A DNA stretch of 64,000 bases from a virus (IMGVR_UViG_3300021594_000641:96001-160000), one strand, 5' to 3'; positions 1 through 9,499 are shown, numbered from the stretch's first letter. The notes: a model not told the origin generated them from the sequence alone. Made by a program: numbers and translations.

Positions 1-120
1 AAGACCGGCGTCTCCTGGAGCTCCTAGAGTAGATTTAAGTTTTACTGCTTCATTTTTATCTGCAGATAATTTAACTGCAGCTTTTTTAACTTGTTCAATA
101 GCCTTGTAGTTGAAAGCCAT
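1..120 (-). CDS. 5' part of hypothetical protein (runs off left edge); N-terminus paralogous to 244..714
   Basis: Manual translation from ATG at 120: MAFNYKAIEQVKKAAVKLSADKNEAVKLKSTLGAPGDAGL, open to window edge; matches MPFNYKAISMVKEALAK of the upstream ORF. Confidence 0.7.
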   Translation of the reverse strand, partial: MAFNYKAIEQVKKAAVKLSADKNEAVKLKSTLGAPGDAGL

Positions 121-243
121 CTTAGTATTCCTAACTTTAAAACTGCGTTGGCTACGGAAGTAAAACGTATCTAGAAGTATAAACTGCTTTATAGCTTACA
201 GCAATCAGCCTTTTACTAACAATTTTTACCTTGGCTTTTACCA

Positions 244-714
244 TTAATACCCGTAGTTAACTTTACCTGTGCCAAGACTTGGCAAACCTACGCCTTTTAG
301 AAAAGCTTGCCTATGCAAATTGTTGAATGGAGTTTTTGACAATTCTGTCGGTAACGTTTGATAAGTAGGGTATGGAACAATTTGACGATAGTTTTCTGAT
401 CCAGGCATGGAGTATTGATACGGGTTTACGGGTTTATTTAGCGCCTCTGTACTGGCTGCGTGTCGCGTTTCTGGAAGATTTCTAGAGCCTTCCAACATTT
501 TTTGTTTTCTTTCTGTTTCAGAAAGCCACTTTATGCCAGGCTCAGGCGCTTTTTGATAAGTAGGAAGACCTATAGCGTCTCCTCCGTAACCTGGAGGAAT
601 AATTTGCGGTTTAGTCGCACTGCTGGCAGTAGGTTTTAAAGTAGCCGCAGATTCAGCAGCCCTTTTTGCCAGAGCTTCTTTAACCATTGAAATAGCTTTG
701 TAATTAAAAGGCAT
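244..714 (-). CDS. Hypothetical protein, Pro/Ala-rich, putative virion-internal protein
   Basis: 156-aa ORF with gccATG start directly downstream of the RNAP; shared N-terminal motif with next gene. Confidence 0.7.
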   Translation of the reverse strand: MPFNYKAISMVKEALAKRAAESAATLKPTASSATKPQIIPPGYGGDAIGLPTYQKAPEPGIKWLSETERKQKMLEGSRNLPETRHAASTEALNKPVNPYQYSMPGSENYRQIVPYPTYQTLPTELSKTPFNNLHRQAFLKGVGLPSLGTGKVNYGY

Positions 715-719
715 GGCTT

Positions 720-763
720 CACCCTAGTTTACACCCTAGTTTTCACCCTAGTTTTCACCCTAG
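720..763 (-). repeat. 12-bp tandem repeat (about 3.7 copies) of AAACTAGGGTG(A/T) spanning RNAP stop to next start
   Basis: Plus strand caccctagttta caccctagtttt caccctagtttt caccctag; minus strand reads AGC TAG GGT GAA AAC TAG GGT GAA AAC TAG GGT GTA AAC TAG GGT GAA GCC ATG. Confidence 0.95.
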
Positions 764-3700
764 CTGTTTAGAATTACCACTTTCTGATCAGGCCCAATTT
801 CTCCTGACTTATAAGCCCTGATTGCGTCGGCTTTTGTGGCAAAATACCGTTCTGGTTTATTAGACACGAAGGCCGTTGCCTGATAAAGACCGCCTTGATA
901 CTCGTTCTTTGGCAGCTGGTGAACTTTAAACGTTTTAGTTGATAGCAAATTCTTGCTAGGCAACATCTTTTCAAGAGCGTCTTTGACAGCTCCATCAGAC
1001 ACAGGAACGTGGTAGTTCATGGTGTCGCCATCAAAGTCGGCACCAAATCCCGTAACCACAGCTGGGCATAACTGCATTGTTTCGTTGTCTACAAGTATTG
1101 GCTTGAAGGCCATAACGCCATACCTGTGAAGAACTGGAGCTCTGTTGATAATCACAGGCCTGTCGTTCATCTCTTGCTGCATAGCTGTCAGAGCTAACTT
1201 GTCTTTGTTCTGCACAAGTTCTGCTGCCCTAATCGGAGAAACTCCTTGTCTGGCCAGTCTTCTTACAATAAATGGTTTATATATTTCCCAAGCTTTGTTG
1301 ATAGGAATGCCTACTTGATCTAAATCCAGATTGGCGTTTGGAGAGATAACGCCTCTGCCAACAACGTCTACTGTCGTGCTTAGCAACTTGCGCTGCATAA
1401 CAGAGAACTTAGGATTATCGCCAAACACGTATTTGAGAACGCCTTTGACTCCGCGCTCTTGGTTCTTGGGACTTATTGGATCACCAAGTCCCGTGACTGC
1501 TTTGAATGACCTATATAGAGCTAAGCGCTCATCTCCAACTTCGTTGGATATTCTTCTGGTTTCTTTCAAAGCCTGGTTAGCTTCAAAAGCTTCCTTATAC
1601 AGGTAATTAGGATCAGCCACCAAAGGTCTGTCGCCAGATCCCATAACAGCCACAGGGCGGAATATTGGTGGAAGGACTGGAATCTTGTCCATCATCCAAT
1701 CTTTTGGATGCATCTTCAGCCTTTGGGTGTGTTTCAGAATCGCCCAGCGCTTTAGAGCTGCATCTTTCGATGACTTCTTCGAGTTTCTCCATTCTGTTTC
1801 TGCTCTCTTTGTTGCCTCGTTGATGTCAATTCTTTCCAAAGACTTCTTTATAGCCTCTGGACCGGACATTTCATTGAACGTCTCTTTTCCAGAAAGTATG
1901 GCGTTGAACCTGTTTTGAGTCAGGCCGAGTATTCTGCGAATAGGCTCTTCCATGACAGGATTGGGCAAAGGCTCAGCTAACTTTATGTAGCTCCATCTAT
2001 TTCCTCCATGTCCTCCTGTTGTTGATTCGTCAAACAATCCTCCCTTTATGGGCTTCAAGCCTTCCTTCCAGTCCACAGTTTCAGGAGAAGTTATTTCCCT
2101 TCCTGCAGCTAATTGGTCTATATCCTTGTTGGTCAAGGCCATGATCTGAATTCTTGGCCCAGTTCTTATTGGGTTTATGCCTGCAGACCTGAGTTGTTCA
2201 AAGAACTTATGGTATACGAGAGGAATTCTTGGCTCAGGAGGAGTTCTACCGGACATGAATGCTGCCCAGTAGTCTTGATTTTTTTGTCCTCTAATAGCTC
2301 CGGCATCGGTAAGAACATCCAAAGCTCCATGGGAAAGAAGGGCGTTGTTGTCAGCAAGGCTTACGCGCTTGCTTCCCATTGGACCGCCTTTAGCTGGAGA
2401 TTCCTCAGAGGTGTAAGAACCCAAACCACGACCAGAGCCTTTGCTCTCAGCCATGTGGTGCAACTTCATGAAGAAGCGATTTCCTGTGAATACGTCCCTT
2501 ATTTTTGTGCTGTCTATTGGATCCAGTATGTCTTCCCTGTCAGACATGTTGTGCTTGGATAGTTCTTTTTTGGCGAACTCTATCATGTCTTCTATGTCAG
2601 AAAAGTCTTTTACGGCGTATCTCTTACCGTGCTTTTCAGCTATTTTTCCCAGAACCGCTTCTACCATCTGACCAGGATTTGTTCTGGAAATAATGCCCAA
2701 GGGGTTTACCAGAACCTCAAAAGGTCTTCCGTCGCTATCTACAGGCATGTGGTTGTCTGGAACTATCTCAGAAATTACTCCCTTGTCTCCATACCTTCCA
2801 GAAAGCTTGTCGCCAACCTGCATTTGGGAGTAGCTCTTTACTGTTACGACTACGCCTTTCCTGGTTTTCTCTACGTCTGTAACCACTCCTTTGTCGTGAT
2901 GATCCCAAGTTACAGTGCTGTCTGAAAAAGTAGGAGCCTTGCCTCTGGTTATTTGATTGTGCGCCAGCTCTTTCTGCTTAACCTGAAGAATAAGAGGAGT
3001 ATCGGCATTTACTATTGAGCCCTTCTTGATTACTCCGTCCTCATCCATGTTGTCCAGGATGGCTTTGTCGTAAGTGCCTGGGAACATGGATATAAAAGTT
3101 TTCTTTCCGTATTTGGCGTTATCCTCAAACTCCACGTCGTTTTGATACATGTGTTCTGAGGAAAGACGCTTGGCAGCTGCCTCAGATATAACTATGGCGT
3201 CTTCAAAGTTCTGACCTTTATAGGGAATGTAGGCAGTACGCATGTTCAGACCCAAAGCCGTAGCGCCTTTGGCGTCTGTAAAGTTAGACCTGGCAATAAG
3301 AGTATTCTTCTTTACCATGTCTCCAGGCATAACTACAGGCGTGTTATGAAGATAAGTCTTTCTGTTGTAAGGAAGGTTGTCATGTATTTCTTTAACATGC
3401 ACCTTGCCATCAGATCCCTTTATGTGAATCTCTTCTGGAGTAACCTTAACAACTTGTCCTTCTACGTCGGAATGTACCGCGCCCATGTACTTGCCGTATC
3501 TTTCCTCATACGACTCGTCATCAGGACCTGGAACACCTGACTGAACAAACGGGGATTCGGCGTTTGCAATAGGCAAAGCCTGTGTAAGCATTCTCGCGCC
3601 CATCATCACGCGCTGGCCTTTGATGGTGGATTTGAGAGGAATCATGTTTACCAGAGGATTGAACGAGTCTTCCATGTGTGGAAGAACGTATTCAACCTGG

Positions 3701-5196
3701 TTCTTTGGAACATATTTGATTTTGCCGCTAACCAAAGCAGCCACTACGTTTGAATTCTTGTTTTCAAGCTCTTTGGGGAAAGCTATTACAGAGTCAGCAA
3801 TATCCTGAGGAGTTTTCCATACAGGTTTATTTCCATTCTTTACGTCAAGAAACTTGGCATAGACCTTTCCATCCTTACCTTTCATGGAAGATTGAGCCAA
3901 ACGGCTATCAACACCTACCTTTAGAGATTCAGGAGTGAGTAGAGGATCGACATAACCAAAGTGAGAAGGCTGAACCGACCTGGCTTCGTCTGGAACAGCG
4001 TCCAGAGAAGGAATACCGCCTTCGCCAAGACGACTCATTCTGGTCAGCTGGCCAAGAATCTCAGCGTTGTTCACTTCTTCAGAAGGCTGTCCAAGTCCAG
4101 AACTTGTAATTGCAGCATTCAAATGCTTGCCAAGGAAGTTAGTTCCCAGAGGACTGAGATTATTTTTGAATGTGGCTTTCCACAGTAAAGGCCTCATGAC
4201 CTTGTAGGCTGAGCGCATCTTCTCAGAAAACAGATCCTCAGGACCCATGATCATCTGATAGGCCATGGCATCGCGGTCGTCTGGATCTGCTTCTCTCTTG
4301 TTTATGGCCACGATCTTCTTTGTGGCATCAATAATGGCATCTACTGACAAGTTTTTATACGGTTTGCCTAGTGTTCTTGACGTTACAACACCATCTAAAT
4401 GCATGTTCTCAAAGAAGTTACGAAGCTTTTGATACTTGCTTTCCTTGTCTCCTTCCTGATCAGCCTTCCTAAGAGTTCTTTGGATTAGCTTTTCCAGAAC
4501 CTGCGGGTCGTTTTGCCTGGCGTTTACTTCGTACAGCTCGTTTCCCCAAGAGTCTCTAAGCTGTTTGTCTGTTGCACCCATGGCTTTGAGCAGGGGAAAC
4601 AGAGGCATGGACGCTTGGCCCATGGAAACTTTGAATACGCCGCGAGCTGGATCTAGAGAATATCTGTGAGAAACACCTTTACCAGGAAGTACGTTAACGT
4701 GAGATTCTATTTCACCGTTCTGCTTTTCTCTCGTATATATCCCTGGGCGCAATCTGGCTTGGTTGGCAAGTGTGTATTCAACACCATTAAGTACGAAAGT
4801 GCCGCCATTTGTCATCTTGGGAATACGAGCCATGGTTATGGCTTTTTCATCAACGATGTTTCCCTGCGTGTCCTGAAGCTGCCATATGCCCTGAAGCCTT
4901 CTTTCAAGGCTTTCTTTTCTAAGAATGGCTTTCTTTCGTTCTTTTATGGAAGGAACTGGGCTATCTAGATAGCTAGCGCTGACTAGCTTTAGCTTATACC
5001 TATTGTTTTCAAATACAGGAATTTCTTTCGTAGCGTTTAAAACACCGTCGTATATGGAGTTACGAGTCTTATCTATGTCAGAAAAAGACCGCATCTCTTC
5101 CTGAGGTTTATTTAAAATAGGCGCGGCCAGATTGCCAAGAACTCCTGCAGGCTTGTTTGGTCCCGCAGGAGTTCCACCGTCTAGGACAGAAGCCAT
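760..5196 (-). CDS. DNA-directed RNA polymerase, beta fused to N-terminal (catalytic) half of beta-prime
   Basis: Beta motifs GTFVLNGVEY..Q.R.PG, RSVQPSHFGYVDPLLTPE, GDKLSGRYGDKG, NPLGIISRTNPGQ, FMKLHHM; beta-prime motifs GGLFD, IPVLPPIFRP, VDVVGRGVI, NRAPVLH, GADFDGD. Confidence 0.95.
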   Translation of the reverse strand: MASVLDGGTPAGPNKPAGVLGNLAAPILNKPQEEMRSFSDIDKTRNSIYDGVLNATKEIPVFENNRYKLKLVSASYLDSPVPSIKERKKAILRKESLERRLQGIWQLQDTQGNIVDEKAITMARIPKMTNGGTFVLNGVEYTLANQARLRPGIYTREKQNGEIESHVNVLPGKGVSHRYSLDPARGVFKVSMGQASMPLFPLLKAMGATDKQLRDSWGNELYEVNARQNDPQVLEKLIQRTLRKADQEGDKESKYQKLRNFFENMHLDGVVTSRTLGKPYKNLSVDAIIDATKKIVAINKREADPDDRDAMAYQMIMGPEDLFSEKMRSAYKVMRPLLWKATFKNNLSPLGTNFLGKHLNAAITSSGLGQPSEEVNNAEILGQLTRMSRLGEGGIPSLDAVPDEARSVQPSHFGYVDPLLTPESLKVGVDSRLAQSSMKGKDGKVYAKFLDVKNGNKPVWKTPQDIADSVIAFPKELENKNSNVVAALVSGKIKYVPKNQVEYVLPHMEDSFNPLVNMIPLKSTIKGQRVMMGARMLTQALPIANAESPFVQSGVPGPDDESYEERYGKYMGAVHSDVEGQVVKVTPEEIHIKGSDGKVHVKEIHDNLPYNRKTYLHNTPVVMPGDMVKKNTLIARSNFTDAKGATALGLNMRTAYIPYKGQNFEDAIVISEAAAKRLSSEHMYQNDVEFEDNAKYGKKTFISMFPGTYDKAILDNMDEDGVIKKGSIVNADTPLILQVKQKELAHNQITRGKAPTFSDSTVTWDHHDKGVVTDVEKTRKGVVVTVKSYSQMQVGDKLSGRYGDKGVISEIVPDNHMPVDSDGRPFEVLVNPLGIISRTNPGQMVEAVLGKIAEKHGKRYAVKDFSDIEDMIEFAKKELSKHNMSDREDILDPIDSTKIRDVFTGNRFFMKLHHMAESKGSGRGLGSYTSEESPAKGGPMGSKRVSLADNNALLSHGALDVLTDAGAIRGQKNQDYWAAFMSGRTPPEPRIPLVYHKFFEQLRSAGINPIRTGPRIQIMALTNKDIDQLAAGREITSPETVDWKEGLKPIKGGLFDESTTGGHGGNRWSYIKLAEPLPNPVMEEPIRRILGLTQNRFNAILSGKETFNEMSGPEAIKKSLERIDINEATKRAETEWRNSKKSSKDAALKRWAILKHTQRLKMHPKDWMMDKIPVLPPIFRPVAVMGSGDRPLVADPNYLYKEAFEANQALKETRRISNEVGDERLALYRSFKAVTGLGDPISPKNQERGVKGVLKYVFGDNPKFSVMQRKLLSTTVDVVGRGVISPNANLDLDQVGIPINKAWEIYKPFIVRRLARQGVSPIRAAELVQNKDKLALTAMQQEMNDRPVIINRAPVLHRYGVMAFKPILVDNETMQLCPAVVTGFGADFDGDTMNYHVPVSDGAVKDALEKMLPSKNLLSTKTFKVHQLPKNEYQGGLYQATAFVSNKPERYFATKADAIRAYKSGEIGPDQKVVILNS

Positions 5197-5199
5197 GGC

Positions 5200-6216
5200 T
5201 TATTCCTCGTTATCTTCTTCCTGGTCTTCAGACTCTTCTACTTTTTTCTTCTTTTCATGAATTGGAAGAGCCATAAGCTTTGGAGGAGAAGCAGCCTGCC
5301 TTGCAGCAGCTCTTTCTCTGGCTATTTCGCCAAGGAGCTTGGAAGGATCTCTCTTGCTGAAGTATTCGTATCCAAGGGTTGTTCCAAGAACAGGCAAACC
5401 AGCCAAAGCTGTAAGCCCCAAACCTCCAATTATGTTACCGGCGGATTCTAAAGAAGCTCTTGCCGCATTAGGGTCAATGCCTGCTTGCTCATAAATAGGG
5501 TCTGTAATCATTCTGCTAGTAGGTATAAGATCACCGCTAGCCTCAACTTTATAAGGAGGATATTTGCCAGATATCTTAAGAATGTACGCTAGCTTTTCCA
5601 GGTTGTACCGCAGCTCTTTGGCTACAGCCTTATCCCCAGAACCGGCTTTTTGCATCTTTAGTTTATCTTCGTCATAAGACTCCATTAGAGCCTTGTTGAA
5701 CTCTTCCGCCTCATCAGAAACATCTTCTTGAATCTGCTTGGCTCGTCTTGAGTTGAGAATGGCGTTGGTCAGCTTGTAGCCGCCATACATAGTTCCCAAG
5801 CCGCCAAGAATACTGAGAGGCCAGAAAATTGGCGCTTCTGCAGGGCTTTGAGCTTCGTGGCCGTGAAGCCAGCTAGCTTGTTCATATGGTTTTCTGTAAG
5901 CGCCTAAGGCCTTGGCTATAAGGTTGCTTTGCGTTGGCTTTTCAGAAGATGCCTTTATAGCTTCTTCTACAATCTGCTCTTTTACGTCCTCTTCAGGATC
6001 TTCCGTATAGTTTGGATGGGGAAGAGGAAGTATTGATGGGGTTCTAGACCTGAACTTGGCTTTATTCTTTTTGAAGACGCCAGGAATTTCCTGAGCCGCT
6101 CTGGCTCCAGCTCCAAGCATGGCCGAACCTAGAAGAACTTGGCTCAGCAGTCCGTAAGTTTTATTTACCGCTCTGTTTGAATCATCAATTTCATCTGCTT
6201 TCTTTTCTTGAGACAT
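5200..6216 (-). CDS. Hypothetical protein with Gly-rich hydrophobic segments (putative virion/ejection protein)
   Basis: Start moved to ATG 6216 (MSQEKKADE), just after upstream stop; three GxxxG-rich hydrophobic stretches. Confidence 0.65.
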   Translation of the reverse strand: MSQEKKADEIDDSNRAVNKTYGLLSQVLLGSAMLGAGARAAQEIPGVFKKNKAKFRSRTPSILPLPHPNYTEDPEEDVKEQIVEEAIKASSEKPTQSNLIAKALGAYRKPYEQASWLHGHEAQSPAEAPIFWPLSILGGLGTMYGGYKLTNAILNSRRAKQIQEDVSDEAEEFNKALMESYDEDKLKMQKAGSGDKAVAKELRYNLEKLAYILKISGKYPPYKVEASGDLIPTSRMITDPIYEQAGIDPNAARASLESAGNIIGGLGLTALAGLPVLGTTLGYEYFSKRDPSKLLGEIARERAAARQAASPPKLMALPIHEKKKKVEESEDQEEDNEE

Positions 6217-6218
6217 GG

Positions 6219-6563
6219 TCACAGTCTCCTCTGTACGTTCTTTGGAATGATGCCGACTACTTCGCCCCATTCCAGATGGATTCTTATCTCTTTACCGTCT
6301 TCAGATATGAGCTTAGTCCTATCTATTAGACGGAATAACCCGTTGACTATCTTATCCAGTATCTGTGTATATTCTTCTAAATCTGAAGAATTACCAAGAT
6401 CAAATACCTTCACATTCGCATTAACGCCGTGAGGTATATTGTCGTACTCTTCCTGAGTTAGATTTGGCGTGGCGTTTCCCATTAAGGGAAAGCCTTGCGA
6501 AGTTACAGCTCTTGAATCAGCGCGATACTTAGCCCCAACACCAAACTGATTCAGTATCTTCAT
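6219..6563 (-). CDS. Hypothetical protein
   Basis: 114-aa ORF, ATGA-coupled to upstream gene. Confidence 0.7.
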   Translation of the reverse strand: MKILNQFGVGAKYRADSRAVTSQGFPLMGNATPNLTQEEYDNIPHGVNANVKVFDLGNSSDLEEYTQILDKIVNGLFRLIDRTKLISEDGKEIRIHLEWGEVVGIIPKNVQRRL

Positions 6564-7024
6564 ATACCGCCGCTTTCTTTAAGCCTTCTAAGTTTGTTCT
6601 TCATCCTGATCTTAGCCTTCTGAATAGCTAAGTCGTTTATTACTTCCTCGGCTTTTGCTTCTTGCTCGGCCAAAGGATCTGAGCGCATGTCAGCCAAGGC
6701 TTTACCAGCCAGAATACCAGAACCTGTGGCTGCTATGCCTGTAGCTGCCAGTATCTTTGGAGCGTTATTGAGTATCCAGTCAGAGTATCCAGTAGCAGCC
6801 AAAGCCGCACCTGCGTTCTGAACTGGAGTAGAAGCTCCAAGAGTGTTTAAAGTTATGCCTGTGCCAAGACCTTTAGCTAGCCTTGACCCAAGAGTTTCGT
6901 TGTCAGCTTGTTTCTCAAGCTTATGAATGGCAGTCTTAACTCGCTCGTTCATCTGAGCAAGAGTTAGACCTTCGTCCAGACATCTACTTATAAAAGCTAA
7001 CTTGAAACTGGTCAGAGGATCCAT
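6560..7024 (-). CDS. Hypothetical protein with Gly/Ala-rich hydrophobic segments and C-terminal coiled coil
   Basis: 154-aa ORF in tight operon; EKQA motif, GLGTGITL and ATGIAATGSGILAG. Confidence 0.7.
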   Translation of the reverse strand: MDPLTSFKLAFISRCLDEGLTLAQMNERVKTAIHKLEKQADNETLGSRLAKGLGTGITLNTLGASTPVQNAGAALAATGYSDWILNNAPKILAATGIAATGSGILAGKALADMRSDPLAEQEAKAEEVINDLAIQKAKIRMKNKLRRLKESGGI

Positions 7025-7027
7025 GAA

Positions 7028-7390
7028 TCACCTCTTTGGAATATTCAGGCCTGACAGTGAGACATAAACTCTCTTTCGTTCTTCAGCTTGTTGTCTGCGA
7101 ATGTCAGGGTCCATTGGATTTCCCTGATCTTCAGCAGCCTTTATAACTTCCATAAGATTTTTAGCTGCTTGCAATAGTTCGCGGCGTTCGTCAACGTAGT
7201 GACCACCACGATCTCTCATGTGCTCAGCTTCTCTTGCAAATGAAACTGCTCTATATCTCATAGTCATTGGGGCTTCATATTTGATATCACCTGCTTTCTC
7301 ATCAATAATCGCAACCATTCCGTCCTGAGCCCAATACCTCAGGTCTCTGAAAGAAAACACTTTGCTGTTTTTTACAATGTCTTCAGCCAT
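7028..7390 (-). CDS. Hypothetical protein
   Basis: 120-aa ORF, SD AAGGG, tight operon spacing. Confidence 0.7.
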   Translation of the reverse strand: MAEDIVKNSKVFSFRDLRYWAQDGMVAIIDEKAGDIKYEAPMTMRYRAVSFAREAEHMRDRGGHYVDERRELLQAAKNLMEVIKAAEDQGNPMDPDIRRQQAEERKRVYVSLSGLNIPKR

Positions 7391-7407
7391 GATAGCCCTT
7401 TCTATAC

Positions 7408-8397
7408 TTAATCTAGCTTAAGCACTCTGTCTAAAACCCTGAAGTCGTTTACCGACTTACACGTCTCATCCCTTCTATCAGTATCGTCTGAACTCTGGCT
7501 AGACAACATCAGTGTATCACGCCCTCGAACCACAAGCACTCTCAAACTAAGTATCGTATCTCCGTTCTCAGAGTGAACGTCATAAGCTGTTACAGGTAAT
7601 TTTCTATCATTTAAAAAAATATCATTTGAGCCATTCTTTCCTAAACTTATTACCCATCTGTTTGATTCAGGATTTGACGTGTCAGCTCTTGTTAGTTGAA
7701 CCAGAGAACTTTCAGGCAATGGCTCTTGAGGATAATAGATCTCATCCTCATACATCTCCGAGTATCCATACCATGGGTTGTACATGGTTGTTCCTGGAAT
7801 CTCTCTATCAGGAACATCTACTTGTTCTATTCTTTCTCTTTCTTCCATTACTCCCGACATATCCAATAACTGATTTATCAAAGCATTCCTTTCTCTTAGA
7901 ACTTCTCCTCTTTCCAATACTAACCTTGAATACAGTCCTTGGTTTCTTAGAGGAGCAGCTATTCTTGCCATTAGGGCTAATTCTTGGTCTATCTTATTCT
8001 GTAGCAAGTCTAACCATGCTTTTCTGTTTCTGTTGTTTAAATACCTTACTGAAGAGCGTCTATTTGATATCGAGCCTTCTGGTCTTTCCATATAGTCTTT
8101 TATTGCTTCTTGAGATAGTTCTATCATTGCGGCTATATATTGTCTGACTGCTGTGCCTAGAGTTGGATTTATTTCATCTAACTGAGCATATGTTGCAATA
8201 TAACTTTCTCTAAGAAGCTTTAATTGTTCTTCCATGAATTCTTGAACTGTATATACGCTTTCTTCTAAATCGAATGATCTTGCTGAAATAGAAAAGCCGA
8301 ATGGAAGTATGTACGAATGCTGCCTTATATCTTCTGAGGCGTTTTCGTTCACTTCTCTTTCCATTCTTATTGCTTCTTCGTGAGAAGATTCATACAT
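7408..8397 (-). CDS. Hypothetical acidic helical protein
   Basis: 329-aa ORF, strong SD GGAGGAAGG before ATG. Confidence 0.75.
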   Translation of the reverse strand: MYESSHEEAIRMEREVNENASEDIRQHSYILPFGFSISARSFDLEESVYTVQEFMEEQLKLLRESYIATYAQLDEINPTLGTAVRQYIAAMIELSQEAIKDYMERPEGSISNRRSSVRYLNNRNRKAWLDLLQNKIDQELALMARIAAPLRNQGLYSRLVLERGEVLRERNALINQLLDMSGVMEERERIEQVDVPDREIPGTTMYNPWYGYSEMYEDEIYYPQEPLPESSLVQLTRADTSNPESNRWVISLGKNGSNDIFLNDRKLPVTAYDVHSENGDTILSLRVLVVRGRDTLMLSSQSSDDTDRRDETCKSVNDFRVLDRVLKLD

Positions 8398-8416
8398 GGA
8401 TCCTTCCTCCTATACC

Positions 8417-9499
8417 TTATTGACCAAACAATCCTGGTATTACTGCCTTTAGTGCTCCAGCGAACATTCCTGTATTCTGTAATGTTCTTTGGGCTGTTGG
8501 TGTCAGACCAGCTAATGCTCCAAGCACCTTTCCGCCTATATATGCCTGGGATAATCCAGCGCCCATTCCAAGTCCTACTCTTGAAATGTCGAATGGAGAT
8601 ATGATTCCCATGTTTCCTTTTGATTGGTTTGCTGCTTCTGTTAGTCCGACTGTTGCTGTTCTTAGTGGTATTGAGGCAAAAGGATCCATCATTACTGATC
8701 TGTTGAATGCGTCGACAGGAATGGTTGGAAGGTTTTCTATGCCTGATTGGGATAGAGATTGCTTTTGCATATAGTCATCTAGCATTTGTTCTGATTCTTT
8801 GTTTGGGTGTATATCTTTTATTCCTTCAAATGCTCTATTGATTGCTTCTGAGATTTTTTCTTGAGGTTTTTCTTCTGGCTGAGAACCCCAGAACACATTT
8901 GGCTTTACCCAGGCATTCCACTTACTCTTATCCTTGTCGTCCCAATTCCTCATTCCTACAACTCCTAGATATGCTGGAATTGCTGCTCCGCCCAAAGCTC
9001 CAATGACTCCAAGAGTCTTGTTGAGCCTGTCTCTTTTTACAAACCTTTCTGGAAATAGTCTTTCTAGCAGACTTCCTGTCAAATATCCCGCGCCGCCTCC
9101 TAAAGCTCCGCTAGTTAACATTGAGAATAAAGGGCTTGTTCCAAACTCTCCGAAGTTTTGATTGAAGGAGTTTGGAGCCAAGTTCATTAGCTTGGGAATC
9201 GTTGAAAGAGTATCTTTTGCTTTCAATGGCTCTGCTGCTCTCTTTACGAATATCCATCTCTTGTTTTCAGGCAGCTTTGTTTCCCTATGACCTATTTCAA
9301 ATCCTTTCTTCTGCATGTTCTCTACTGTTGATAGGCAATCTGTAGTTAGTAATCCTGGATTGTCTGCATCGAACCAGACAACTGAATTGTCTTCAAGGGC
9401 GCTAGAAACCTTTTCGTGAAATGGCTTAAGAGACTTAATTGCTTCCTTGACCATTTCTGGAAGGAGCAAGTATTCCATCTTTAGAAGAGTGTCGGTCAT
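8417..9499 (-). CDS. Hypothetical protein with multiple glycine-zipper hydrophobic segments
   Basis: 360-aa ORF; GALGGGAGYLTGSLL, GVIGALGGAAIPAYLG, GLGMGAGLSQAYIGGKVLGALAG. Confidence 0.75.
   Translation of the reverse strand: MTDTLLKMEYLLLPEMVKEAIKSLKPFHEKVSSALEDNSVVWFDADNPGLLTTDCLSTVENMQKKGFEIGHRETKLPENKRWIFVKRAAEPLKAKDTLSTIPKLMNLAPNSFNQNFGEFGTSPLFSMLTSGALGGGAGYLTGSLLERLFPERFVKRDRLNKTLGVIGALGGAAIPAYLGVVGMRNWDDKDKSKWNAWVKPNVFWGSQPEEKPQEKISEAINRAFEGIKDIHPNKESEQMLDDYMQKQSLSQSGIENLPTIPVDAFNRSVMMDPFASIPLRTATVGLTEAANQSKGNMGIISPFDISRVGLGMGAGLSQAYIGGKVLGALAGLTPTAQRTLQNTGMFAGALKAVIPGLFGQ

Noticed and set aside
720-763. Amber (TAG to Gln) recoding suggested by four in-frame TAGs and an open frame after TAG at 20336
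   Set aside because: ORFs of more than 1,100 aa are uninterrupted under code 11, gene packing is tight, and TAG ends several genes with adjacent starts
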